NCBI GenBank assembly: GCA_029258825.1 | Contig: JAPDKA010000008.1 | Location: forward strand, 39,548 to 103,547 | Source of the DNA: an archaeon | GTDB lineage: Archaea; Nanobdellota; Nanobdellia; Pacearchaeales; JAPDKA01 | Length of the DNA: 64,000 bases | Direction of reading: 5' to 3' | Shown here: positions 36,006 through 44,819 of the stretch, in pieces | Layout: every line of letters begins with the position of its first letter | How positions within the stretch are numbered: the first letter of the stretch is position 1 | Translations under genes and position numbers: made by a program | Notes under the pieces: model-generated | What the model was told of the DNA's origin: nothing | Database searches by the model: none | Seen by the model: the letters and a program-made list of their open reading frames with translations, nothing else

Positions 36006-38717
36006 ATGAAAAAAACTTTAAAAACAAAAAATATGAAAATAGCAATGCCAAATTTAAAAAGAATCGTTTTATCGATTATTTTAGTTGCATTAGTCTTTTG
36101 GTTGTGCTGTAGTGATGTATATGCTGGGGGAGGTGGTGGAGGGTCCTCTTCTACCCAGGGTGCCACGGATACCGGGACTTGTCCTTGCAAGATTGACTAT
36201 GTTGGTATAACCCCTATTTCAAATGGAGGATCTCTTAAAGTAATTGTTAATGTTAGAGTTTCTTCTGTTAATAGCCAGCAGTGTACAAATCCTAAATTGA
36301 ATATTACAGGGACATTTACTGTTGACGGAAAGACATTTACAAGTAAAAAAATAGGACAACAAATAACAGTAGATCAAAACTCTGAAATTACTCTAAATGG
36401 GTGGGCAGACGGAAGAGCATCCTTTGACCCTTCATCTTATAAGGGGAAAACTATAAATGGTAAAGTGACAGTAAGGTTTTCCAATCCTCTACAGTGTGGT
36501 AATGTGAAGGAGGAAAGACCTTTCGTTTTTACCATTAGCGATGATGGTAAAATCACATTAACTCCTATGTTGTTACCAAATCCGGAAATATTAAAGGAAA
36601 ATCCTGAATCCGGTTTATTTACTGTTGGGAAGCTATTTACCGGTATAGGTTACATTTGTTGTTTTGGCGCTACTGGTTATGGTCCTTTTACTTCATGGAT
36701 AAAGCAATTAAAGGAAAACCTTAAGAATCGAGGCGAGAAAGCAACAGAAGAACAATTAATTAATAGGTTATTGAACCTAAACTGTGACAACGAAAATGTT
36801 TTAAAAGCTAATGGATGGAGCAAGGAAGATTGTTTGACAGCTAAAGAATATGCTGAAAGAGCAAAAGAATATAAAGAAAAATATGAAAAAAGATGTGGTC
36901 CAAAAGAAAAATGGTATAGTGGATTGAAGGGTAGTGTTCATATGATAACATGCATTATTTCTATCGGGTACTCAGTTTCAGAAGGAATACTTCTAGCATC
37001 GCACTCAGGCTCATGTCACCCAGAACAACCGTTGCCGGGAACAGAGCATTGTGAAGCATGCAATGCTTATGGTCTTTGCTTGAAGGAGCGATGTGAAGTG
37101 CTCGGCCACTGTAAGTTTGTGCCTTTCGAAGACAAAACAGGCGGCTTATGCTTGCCAGATGTTTGCGAACCTACAGCAGTGCCTGTAATTGAAGACATAT
37201 CAACACGCTGGTTTGTTGACAGAGCAAGGGAAATTACTGACGATCTAGATATAAGTACTAGTTCAAAAGCAGGCGGTGTACAGGTTGTTGTTAGTTATGA
37301 TGGCACTGATGTTGATCCTGAAGGAGCACTACCTTTCGGTGTGTCAGATGTTGAAATAACGTTAAAGCTTAACCAGGGTGCAAGGTGTAGATATGCTATT
37401 GATCAGCCAGGCCTCAATTTCAGCGAAATGCCTTATGAATTTGATAATGCTTATCTTTATCCAAAAGAGCAGACAGCACGCATTGATTTAACAAGCCTAA
37501 CGCCGGGCATGAACCATACAATATACATAAAGTGTCAAGGTATTTGCGGACAGGCGCACGAAGCAACGTTTGACTGGAATTATGTTACATTCACAAAATC
37601 GAACAAGCCTGACGAGTTGCCTCCTGAAGTCATGTACGTTGTTCCTGATGGCTACAGACAGTACATAAGCAGTACTGCTAAAAAACAAACAATCAAGTTT
37701 TATTTTGATGAAAGTCTTGATGAATGTAGAATTTCAACCATAGCAAACAACTTAACCGAGGAGTGGGGTGAAATGAACTCAGAGCAATCTCCTCCAGAAT
37801 GCGTAACTCAATTTACTTGCACAAACAACCAACCTTGCTATGTTCGAACACCAGAAGGTTATGTCACAGAAAGCGAGAGACACGATTGCGGAATGTGCGA
37901 AGTTACAGTTAAGCTTACTCCTGAATGCAAAGACAAGGTTTACACTGTGATAGACTGGGATAACCTTACAAGTATGCTTGAAAGTGCGTCTGAAACAAAC
38001 GAGACAATAGCAAGAATGCTTGAACGCTTTAGCTATACTGAGAGAATGCAGCAGCTGGGCCTAACAGGACAAAGCAAGATTGTACAGTTAATGCTCAAAT
38101 GTGAAGACACTCATTACAACAGAATGCAAGAAGCTTACGCATACATGATAAGCACTTACCCACCATACAACATGTCTATTGTGTTGCCTGAGAATGGTTA
38201 TGACACTTTTGATAGACAAATCTTGATTAATGTGACCACAACAAGAGCTGCAGAATGCAGATACAGCTTGAATGAACAAAAAATCTGGGAAGAAATGACA
38301 CCAATTAGTGAGGGCTTCGATGTTGTGCATGTTGGCATGACAGAATGGCTAGAACCTGGCGACTATACATTGTATGTTAAATGTCGCGATATAGGCGGCC
38401 TTGAAGTTGGCGATAGCGTGCAATTCAAAATAAAACCTGACAACACACCACCAACCATTATAAGAATGTTTGCAAGAAGTAACAATCTTGTTATTGAAAC
38501 AGATGAACAATCAACATGCTACTTCAATATTGATGATGAAGTTGGTTGCAACTTTAATGTTGATGATGTTGAAAGCTTTAGCACAGTGAATGGTTATACG
38601 CATATCGCACCACTTAACGATGATTGGACATATTATGTTAAGTGCAAAGACAGGTTTGATAATATGCCAGCTGGATGTACTGCAGTGATTAGAGCTGCTC
38701 AATTGCCGCGTGGTTAA
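36006..38717 (+). CDS. large surface protein (903 aa), paralogous to the C-half of 29555-33061
   Basis: Signal/anchor then a Gly6-Ser3 linker. Two hydrophobic segments, the knot CEAC...C...CEVLGHCKF, four EC[RK]Y...Y[IV]KC modules, and a DNTPPTI...TDEQSTC terminal module matching DTVPPKI...TDEIAEC. Confidence 0.85.
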   Translation: MKKTLKTKNMKIAMPNLKRIVLSIILVALVFWLCCSDVYAGGGGGGSSSTQGATDTGTCPCKIDYVGITPISNGGSLKVIVNVRVSSVNSQQCTNPKLNITGTFTVDGKTFTSKKIGQQITVDQNSEITLNGWADGRASFDPSSYKGKTINGKVTVRFSNPLQCGNVKEERPFVFTISDDGKITLTPMLLPNPEILKENPESGLFTVGKLFTGIGYICCFGATGYGPFTSWIKQLKENLKNRGEKATEEQLINRLLNLNCDNENVLKANGWSKEDCLTAKEYAERAKEYKEKYEKRCGPKEKWYSGLKGSVHMITCIISIGYSVSEGILLASHSGSCHPEQPLPGTEHCEACNAYGLCLKERCEVLGHCKFVPFEDKTGGLCLPDVCEPTAVPVIEDISTRWFVDRAREITDDLDISTSSKAGGVQVVVSYDGTDVDPEGALPFGVSDVEITLKLNQGARCRYAIDQPGLNFSEMPYEFDNAYLYPKEQTARIDLTSLTPGMNHTIYIKCQGICGQAHEATFDWNYVTFTKSNKPDELPPEVMYVVPDGYRQYISSTAKKQTIKFYFDESLDECRISTIANNLTEEWGEMNSEQSPPECVTQFTCTNNQPCYVRTPEGYVTESERHDCGMCEVTVKLTPECKDKVYTVIDWDNLTSMLESASETNETIARMLERFSYTERMQQLGLTGQSKIVQLMLKCEDTHYNRMQEAYAYMISTYPPYNMSIVLPENGYDTFDRQILINVTTTRAAECRYSLNEQKIWEEMTPISEGFDVVHVGMTEWLEPGDYTLYVKCRDIGGLEVGDSVQFKIKPDNTPPTIIRMFARSNNLVIETDEQSTCYFNIDDEVGCNFNVDDVESFSTVNGYTHIAPLNDDWTYYVKCKDRFDNMPAGCTAVIRAAQLPRG

Positions 38718-38747
38718 AAATTCGTTTAACTTTAATTTCTAAAGCAT

Positions 38748-38762
38748 CGAAAAATTTAAATA
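38748..38762 (+). promoter_or_regulatory. BRE+TATA promoter (CGAAAAATTTAAATA) of the DUF234-type ATPase 3
   Basis: Identical 15-mer to 23845-23859. The TATA ends 23 nt before the ATG at 38786. Confidence 0.6.
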
Positions 38763-38785
38763 TTATAATTTAGATTATTATAATT

Positions 38786-40165
38786 ATGATTACGAAATTC
38801 ATAAATAGGGAAACTGAGCTTAATGCTTTAGAAAGGAGATATAAAGAGAAAGGCTTTGAGTTTATTCCTATTTATGGCAGACGTAGAGTTGGTAAGACTG
38901 AGTTAATATTACAGTTCATAAAAAATAAAAAAGCGATCTACTTTCTTGCTACTTCTGGTTCTAAAAAAGAAAATATAACTAGATTTAAGCAAGCAGCAAG
39001 TCATATAATAGATCTTTCCTTAGTTAGGGATGATTGGGAAAGCATATTTGAATACATTAAGGATAAGGTTAAAGATAGATTAGTCATAGTAATAGATGAA
39101 TTTCCTTATTTAGTTGAAACTCAGAAAGGCCTTTCATCAATATTCCAAAGGATAATTGATACAATCTTAAAAGACACTAATATTTTTCTTATTCTCTGCG
39201 GGTCTAGCTTGAGCATGATGTATAAAGAAGTATTATCATATAAAGCCCCTCTTTACGGAAGAAGAACAGGTCAAATTTATTTAGATGCTTTAAAATTTAA
39301 AGATGTGATAAAATTTTTTCCAAACAAAAATCTGGAAGAAATTATAAAGATATACTCTATTTGTGGAGGTATCCCTGCTTATCTTAAAGAGTTTGTTGGA
39401 AATAAAAACGTATTTTCATTAATCAAAGAAAAAATACTTGAAAAAGATGCCGTTTTAAGAGAAGAGCCTGTGTTTTTATTAAGAATGGAATTTAGAGATC
39501 CAAAGACATACTCTTCTATACTTACAGCGATATCATTAGGTAACAGAACTTTAGGTAAAATAATTAATTATTGTGGTTTTCCAAATAAAACTGGTATTAT
39601 GCCTTATCTACAAAATTTGGAATATTTAGAATATGTAAAGAGAGAAGTTCCCATCACAGAAACTCTAAGATCTAAGAAAGGATTATATTTTATAAAGGAT
39701 AATTTTTTTGATTTTTGGTTTAAGTTTGTAAGACCAAATCTAAGCTTACTAGAACAGGATGTTAATTCTGTTATTGAAATAATAAAAGAAAATTTTGAAA
39801 ATCATGTAAGTTTTATATTTGAAAATGTTTGTAAGGAAATGATGTTTTATTTAAGGCCTATTGATTTTACAAAAATTGGTAGATGGTGGCATAAAGATAA
39901 TGAAATCGATATAGTTGCAATTAATGAGAAAACAAAAGAAATATTGTTTGCTGAATGCAAATGGCAAAACAAGGTGAATGCAGAAAAAATTGTTAAGAAA
40001 CTCAGCGAAAAGAGCAAATTTGTTAAATGGCATAATGAAAAGCGTAAGGAAAGTTTTGCAATTTTTGCAAAATCTTTTAGCAAACGCATTAAGGAATGGC
40101 AAGGCAAGCCTGTTTATTGTTTTGATTTGAAGAATATTGAAAAAATTTTAAAAAAGAAAAAATAA
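38786..40165 (+). CDS. archaeal ATPase (Arch_ATPase + DUF234-type), paralog 3
   Basis: FINRETEL...YGRRRVGKT and VIVIDEFP. The last roughly 75 aa are almost identical to paralog 1. Confidence 0.85.
   Translation: MITKFINRETELNALERRYKEKGFEFIPIYGRRRVGKTELILQFIKNKKAIYFLATSGSKKENITRFKQAASHIIDLSLVRDDWESIFEYIKDKVKDRLVIVIDEFPYLVETQKGLSSIFQRIIDTILKDTNIFLILCGSSLSMMYKEVLSYKAPLYGRRTGQIYLDALKFKDVIKFFPNKNLEEIIKIYSICGGIPAYLKEFVGNKNVFSLIKEKILEKDAVLREEPVFLLRMEFRDPKTYSSILTAISLGNRTLGKIINYCGFPNKTGIMPYLQNLEYLEYVKREVPITETLRSKKGLYFIKDNFFDFWFKFVRPNLSLLEQDVNSVIEIIKENFENHVSFIFENVCKEMMFYLRPIDFTKIGRWWHKDNEIDIVAINEKTKEILFAECKWQNKVNAEKIVKKLSEKSKFVKWHNEKRKESFAIFAKSFSKRIKEWQGKPVYCFDLKNIEKILKKKK
39914..40131 (+). repeat. 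218-nt near-identical direct repeat, copy 2
   Basis: See 23568-23785. The perfect 126-nt core is 39947-40072. Confidence 0.9.
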
Positions 40166-40189
40166 AACCAAAGATAAAACAAAATAAAA

Positions 40190-40705
40190 ATGGTAAAACC
40201 AAAGAAGAAAGCACAGATATTCGGCATGCCTTTCACGTTTTTGTTTGCTTTAATACTAATTGCCGTGTTTTTGTTTACAGCAATCTGGGCGATCAGACAT
40301 TTTTTGCATACAACAGAGTACACAAAACTGATGACAAGCATAAATGATTTAAGAACACAAGTACAAACATTATGGCAGCAACGGGCAGGCAGAGTAACAG
40401 TAACATTGCTTTTTCCGAAAAGCTTTGAAAAAATTTGTTTTGCCGATCCTAATGATAAATCTGGCTGGGCTCAAGAATCAGATTTAAGACAAGACTACAA
40501 TTGGGTTAACAATGTAAAAGCAAACTTGTTTTTACTGCCTCGCAAGGCAGCGCTTGATTTTGGTTTGAAAGGTTACCTGTTCATTGGTTGTGGTAATGTT
40601 GACTGTCTTGACTTTAACAATCCAACTTGCATAACTATTAAGAATGGCAAAGTTAGGTTAAGGCTGACAATGCAGGATGATAAAGTATGGGTTGAAGAAG
40701 CTTAA
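40190..40705 (+). CDS. pilin-like protein (KKA|QIFGMPF)
   Basis: MVKPKKKAQIFGMPFTFLFALILIAVFLF. Confidence 0.65.
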   Translation: MVKPKKKAQIFGMPFTFLFALILIAVFLFTAIWAIRHFLHTTEYTKLMTSINDLRTQVQTLWQQRAGRVTVTLLFPKSFEKICFADPNDKSGWAQESDLRQDYNWVNNVKANLFLLPRKAALDFGLKGYLFIGCGNVDCLDFNNPTCITIKNGKVRLRLTMQDDKVWVEEA

Positions 40706-40783
40706 ACATTTTTGCTTTTTATTGTTTTTTGTTGGTTTGTTGTTTTTCGTTAAATTAATAAATATGTGGATAATGCTATTTAC

Positions 40784-41239
40784 ATGGATGAAAAAAGTAA
40801 AAAAGAGGTGATACAAAAAAATGTTGAGATGCTTATCAGTGACGATTTCTTTAATGCTTTATGGAGAGAATCTGTAGGAGGTAATGCTGGTGAAAACTGC
40901 GCCTGTGTTAATGCAATAGTTGACAAGCGTACAGGTGAAATAGTTGATTTTTCGAACCAACCTATAAAAGATTGGTTAAATACAAAAGCAAAGAGAAAAG
41001 GTATAAAAGGAGAGGCAGAAAATTATGATAAAGCAAGTATAATTGTTGATCTTTCTTACACTAGTAAGGAAAAATTATTTAGCACGAACATTGAAGATTG
41101 TTATCCAAAGATTACCAAGCTTGTTGGTGCTAAAAATTATGAAAGCTTGAAACGTGCTGTTGAAAAGGCGAATGAAATATACAGAAGCAAAATTGGAGGG
41201 CAAGTTAAAAAACTAAGAGAAGAAGCTTATAAAAAATAA
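40784..41239 (+). CDS. soluble hypothetical protein inside the pilin-like gene run
   Basis: ORF with no signal or TM. I prefer the ATG at 40784 over the GTG at 40766 given in the track. Confidence 0.45.
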   Translation: MDEKSKKEVIQKNVEMLISDDFFNALWRESVGGNAGENCACVNAIVDKRTGEIVDFSNQPIKDWLNTKAKRKGIKGEAENYDKASIIVDLSYTSKEKLFSTNIEDCYPKITKLVGAKNYESLKRAVEKANEIYRSKIGGQVKKLREEAYKK

Positions 41240-41256
41240 AATGACTCTCTAATAGA

Positions 41257-42231
41257 ATGTATAAACAAAAGCAGAAAAACGCACAGATGCCTGCATTTGG
41301 TTGGCTGTTTTCTGTAATCATTGGTGCTTTCATTTTGTTTTTTGCTTTCTTATTTGTGTTTCGTTTTACACATATCGCTGAACAGCAAGAACAAGCAGTA
41401 ACCACAACAAGCCTTGACATCTTGCTAGAGCCGTTTGCAAGCAGCATTGCAACAGGCCAATCAGACATAATAACACTGCCACGCAATTCAAAGCTTGAAA
41501 TTGATTGTTCTTATTCTGATTTTGATTTTGGCAAAAATATTGTTAAATACTCGACTACTGGTCAATTTAGATTCAGCAAAGTAGTGCGGGATAAATACAT
41601 ATTTGCTAGACCAATACAAAAACGCAACATACTTGTTGTAGTGTTGCCTTTTGAAATGCCGTTCCGTATTGCTGATTTAACTTTACTAATTGGTCATGAT
41701 TACTGCTTTGTAGGATTGCCAGAGCGTTATAAAGATTTACTTCAGGAGTTAACTGAAACGAATGCTGATGCCGCAAACATCAGGCTGGAATTTTTTAGCG
41801 ATGTTAATGACTGTAGTGAAGATTCGATAAAAGTTTGTAAAGACAACCTCAATTGTGATGTTTCTTTCACTTGTGCTGATGGTTGTAGTTATGGCACTAT
41901 AAGTTATGGCAATAATGATAAGCAATACTTGTGGTATGGCAACTTGTTGCTTGCTGCTGCATTTTCAGAGCCAGAACTTTATGAATGCAATGCCAACAGG
42001 TTGTTGAAGAGGGCAAAGCTAATTGCTAGCATCTACAAAACCGAAGCATCAATGCTGTCAAGTAAAGGTTGCAGTAGCATATCCGGACTAAGCTCGCAGC
42101 TTGATAGGTATATTACTCAGCTTAATAACATTGATATTAGTGATACCAGCACAAGTAGTTTTGCTTCATTACATGACACAGCCAAAACCATAGACCACAT
42201 TAATGGTTTTGCTTTGTGTAAAATCTACTAG
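41257..42231 (+). CDS. pilin-like protein, 324 aa (KNA|QMPAFGW)
   Basis: MYKQKQKNAQMPAFGWLFSVIIGAFILFFAFLFVF. The body is Cys-containing and looks extracellular. Confidence 0.65.
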   Translation: MYKQKQKNAQMPAFGWLFSVIIGAFILFFAFLFVFRFTHIAEQQEQAVTTTSLDILLEPFASSIATGQSDIITLPRNSKLEIDCSYSDFDFGKNIVKYSTTGQFRFSKVVRDKYIFARPIQKRNILVVVLPFEMPFRIADLTLLIGHDYCFVGLPERYKDLLQELTETNADAANIRLEFFSDVNDCSEDSIKVCKDNLNCDVSFTCADGCSYGTISYGNNDKQYLWYGNLLLAAAFSEPELYECNANRLLKRAKLIASIYKTEASMLSSKGCSSISGLSSQLDRYITQLNNIDISDTSTSSFASLHDTAKTIDHINGFALCKIY

Positions 42232-42234
42232 AAA

Positions 42235-42771
42235 ATGAAAATAAAAATCAAGCATCAAGAAAAAGTACGGAAAGCACAAATTCAAATCCAGGAAATGGCG
42301 TTTGTGCTAGTAGGACTTTTTTTGCTTTTTGCGTTTGCTTTTCTTGGTTTTGCCGCATGGCAAACATCACTCATGAAACAACAAGCAACAAGCTTAAGGC
42401 TAGAAAAAGCAACTGTAATGATAAACAGCTTAATAAGTATGCCAGAACTTGCATGCAGCAAACAATTAGGCTATTGTATCGATGAAGACAAACTTGTTTT
42501 GTTTAAATCCTACATAGATAAGTACGAGCTCTTATTTAAATCTGCCCGAATAAATTACATTGCTGTAAAGCGCATATTTCCGAAAATTGAAGATAGTGTT
42601 GAATGTAATTCAGATAATTATCCAAATTGCAATTTGCATGTGCTTTATAACAAGCAAGACGAAGATACAATAATTCATTCAAGCTTTGCTGTTTTGTGCC
42701 ATTACGATATGTTTACTGGCAATAGATGTGATATTGCTGAAGTTTTAGTTGGCATAAAACCTGAAACATAA
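42235..42771 (+). CDS. pilin-like protein (RKA|QIQIQEMAFVLVG)
   Basis: Basic leader, KAQ, then a hydrophobic helix. Starts 3 nt after the upstream stop. Confidence 0.65.
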   Translation: MKIKIKHQEKVRKAQIQIQEMAFVLVGLFLLFAFAFLGFAAWQTSLMKQQATSLRLEKATVMINSLISMPELACSKQLGYCIDEDKLVLFKSYIDKYELLFKSARINYIAVKRIFPKIEDSVECNSDNYPNCNLHVLYNKQDEDTIIHSSFAVLCHYDMFTGNRCDIAEVLVGIKPET

Positions 42772-42772
42772 A

Positions 42773-43306
42773 ATGAAAATAAAAAATAAAGCAAAAATGG
42801 ATAAATCAAAGCACAAAGCAAAACATACAAGAAAGGCACAGCAAGAAATTTTCGGGTTTGTGATTATCGTGATGCTTATTCTTGTTATAGCTGTTATTTT
42901 CTTTGGCTTAGCATTGCAAAGAGCGATCAACAATCCGACTTATGAACAATACCAGAAAGCCAATGATTTGTTGTTTGTTATGATGCACTACACAACAGAT
43001 TGCAAAAATAAAGAGTTAAGCAGAGTTATTGAATTATGTATTAGCGGTGACACATGTAAAATTGAAGGCAATGAAATTAGTGCATGTGATTATATGCGGG
43101 ATGTATTTTCAGAAATACTTAATGTTACATTAGGCAATGAAACACAATTGCTGAACAGGCCAATACATGGTTATTGGTTTAGGATTAATGATGGTGAACT
43201 GCTAAATATTTCTGCTGGCAACTTATCAGGCAATATTGCAGTTGGCTATTATGTAGTGCCCCTTACAGAAGGTAGCGTAACAGCAGAACTTTGGCTCTAC
43301 TATTAA
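42773..43306 (+). CDS. pilin-like protein (RKA|QQEIFGFVIIV)
   Basis: Basic leader, KAQ, then a hydrophobic helix. Starts 1 nt after the upstream stop. Confidence 0.65.
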   Translation: MKIKNKAKMDKSKHKAKHTRKAQQEIFGFVIIVMLILVIAVIFFGLALQRAINNPTYEQYQKANDLLFVMMHYTTDCKNKELSRVIELCISGDTCKIEGNEISACDYMRDVFSEILNVTLGNETQLLNRPIHGYWFRINDGELLNISAGNLSGNIAVGYYVVPLTEGSVTAELWLYY

Positions 43307-43336
43307 GCAAGCTTAGCATTTCTATTTTAAAATCAA

Positions 43337-43735
43337 CTAAATCAATTGTTGCTTTTTTAACCTTGTTATTGCTTGGTTTTGCCAAAGTTTTTTATAAAAA
43401 TAAAAATAATAACTTAATTCTGTTTTATCTTTTACATATACAGGGATGTTGTTATTTATTACTTCAATTTTCATGTACAAAGGCATGATTTCAAAAATTC
43501 TTATATCATATCTTTCATTTTTTCCCGATATCTTTAACATTTCAGGAATTATTTGTTTTATTTTTTCTTTATCATTATCACCAACAACTATGCAAATATC
43601 TACATCACTTTTTTCACTTTGCTCGTTACTTGCATAGGAACCATAAATCAATACAGCTAACACTTTATCAAATAAATGCGTGAACTCTTGTTTTATTTTT
43701 TCTTTTAATTTTTCTAATTCTTTATTATGATTCAT
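43337..43735 (-). CDS. mntA: minimal nucleotidyltransferase (MNT) antitoxin
   Basis: YGSYASNEQSEKSDVDICIV matches the GS...DxD pol-beta NTase motif. Overlaps the HEPN gene by 4 nt. Confidence 0.8.
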   Translation of the reverse strand: MNHNKELEKLKEKIKQEFTHLFDKVLAVLIYGSYASNEQSEKSDVDICIVVGDNDKEKIKQIIPEMLKISGKNERYDIRIFEIMPLYMKIEVINNNIPVYVKDKTELSYYFYFYKKLWQNQAITRLKKQQLI

Positions 43736-44151
43736 TTAAATTCCTGTATTTTATTTTGCAAATGTTTTAACACCTTTTTAATTCCAGTTATCAATTTTTC
43801 ACAACTTTCCACAAATATGATATCATCAACGTGATTGTATCTATGTATAATCCTATTTCTTAATCCATTTGCTTCAATGCAAATTTCTTTTTGTTCTTTT
43901 GTAATTATTCCTTTGGTTTCTAATAACTCGAAATTAGAATAGTCATCCTTAATACTGTAATTAATATGTCTTATAATTAAGGCGACAGCGTCTGTTAAGG
44001 CTTCTACAACCTCTTGGAAGGCTTTCATTGATGCAGCTAAATCTTTCTTATTGTTACTTTTTTTATAATCTTCTATCCATTGTTTTACATCTTCAAGTCT
44101 GTCTGATGCGTAATTAAGTTTTTCTTTAATTCTATCTAATCTCTCTATCAT
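43732..44151 (-). CDS. hepT: HEPN-domain (DUF86-like) toxin
   Basis: Rx4-6H motif in GLRNRIIHRYNHVD. About 139 aa and helical. Confidence 0.75.
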   Translation of the reverse strand: MIERLDRIKEKLNYASDRLEDVKQWIEDYKKSNNKKDLAASMKAFQEVVEALTDAVALIIRHINYSIKDDYSNFELLETKGIITKEQKEICIEANGLRNRIIHRYNHVDDIIFVESCEKLITGIKKVLKHLQNKIQEFK

Positions 44152-44169
44152 AAATAATATAGCGTAATT

Positions 44170-44811
44170 TTATTTAAAAACTTTCTGAACCGCGAGGAAA
44201 CAAAACAATTGTAATAGTTCTTTATTAAGTACTTCAGGATGGAATAAAACGCCGTAGATTGGTTTTGTTTTGTGTTTTATTATTTCTGCTATTCCCCTTG
44301 ATTTTGCCAGAACAAGAAAGTTATTGCTTTTGTCGATGCTTTTACATTCTATTGCAAAATTGTGTAATTCATAAACTTTAAGCTTTTTACCTTTTATGTT
44401 GTTAAGTAATTCATCATGTTTTGCATGGTGTGTTAAACTTATGTAACTTACGCCAATACGTTTTTTTCTTGTTATATGTTGATCAAATATTTTGGCTATA
44501 ATCTGCATGCCTGCACAAATGCCGAGTACAGGTTTGTTACAATGTTTTAACCAATCAAACAATTTAACATGTTGCATATACTCATTATCTTTTAATGCTG
44601 TTCCTGCAATAATGATGCAGCATGCTTTATTTAAGTCGTTCTTACTTATACTTTTGTAATGCTTTACTATTATGCAAATTTGCTTTAATTTTTCTGCTGC
44701 TTTTAAAGCTTGAACAATTGGCAAAACAAATTCAAATTCGTGCAGCTTGAATTGATTAGTGCTTATTATTAACACACTCGCTTTTTTATTGTTATGCTTT
44801 TTATTTTTCAT
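44170..44811 (-). CDS. class-I glutamine amidotransferase
   Basis: Nucleophile elbow GICAGMQ and VLFHPE (His/Glu of the triad). I prefer the start MKNKKHNN at 44811, 8 nt past the Dph6 stop, over the track start at 44859. Confidence 0.75.
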   Translation of the reverse strand: MKNKKHNNKKASVLIISTNQFKLHEFEFVLPIVQALKAAEKLKQICIIVKHYKSISKNDLNKACCIIIAGTALKDNEYMQHVKLFDWLKHCNKPVLGICAGMQIIAKIFDQHITRKKRIGVSYISLTHHAKHDELLNNIKGKKLKVYELHNFAIECKSIDKSNNFLVLAKSRGIAEIIKHKTKPIYGVLFHPEVLNKELLQLFCFLAVQKVFK

Positions 44812-44819
44812 TTTTGTTT

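Noticed and set aside
36100-36160. Gly6-Ser3 run (gctgggggaggtggtggagggtcctcttct) as a possible homopolymer sequencing artefact or frameshift site.
   Set aside because: The codons are mixed (ggg gga ggt ggt gga ggg), not a mononucleotide run, and the reading frame continues cleanly into a long Cys-containing domain. It looks like a genuine flexible linker.
25349-43306. The surface-protein supercluster as an integrated virus or provirus.
   Set aside because: I recognised no capsid, terminase, portal, integrase or replication gene. Bracketing by repeated ATPase 3' ends is noted separately but is not enough to call a mobile element.
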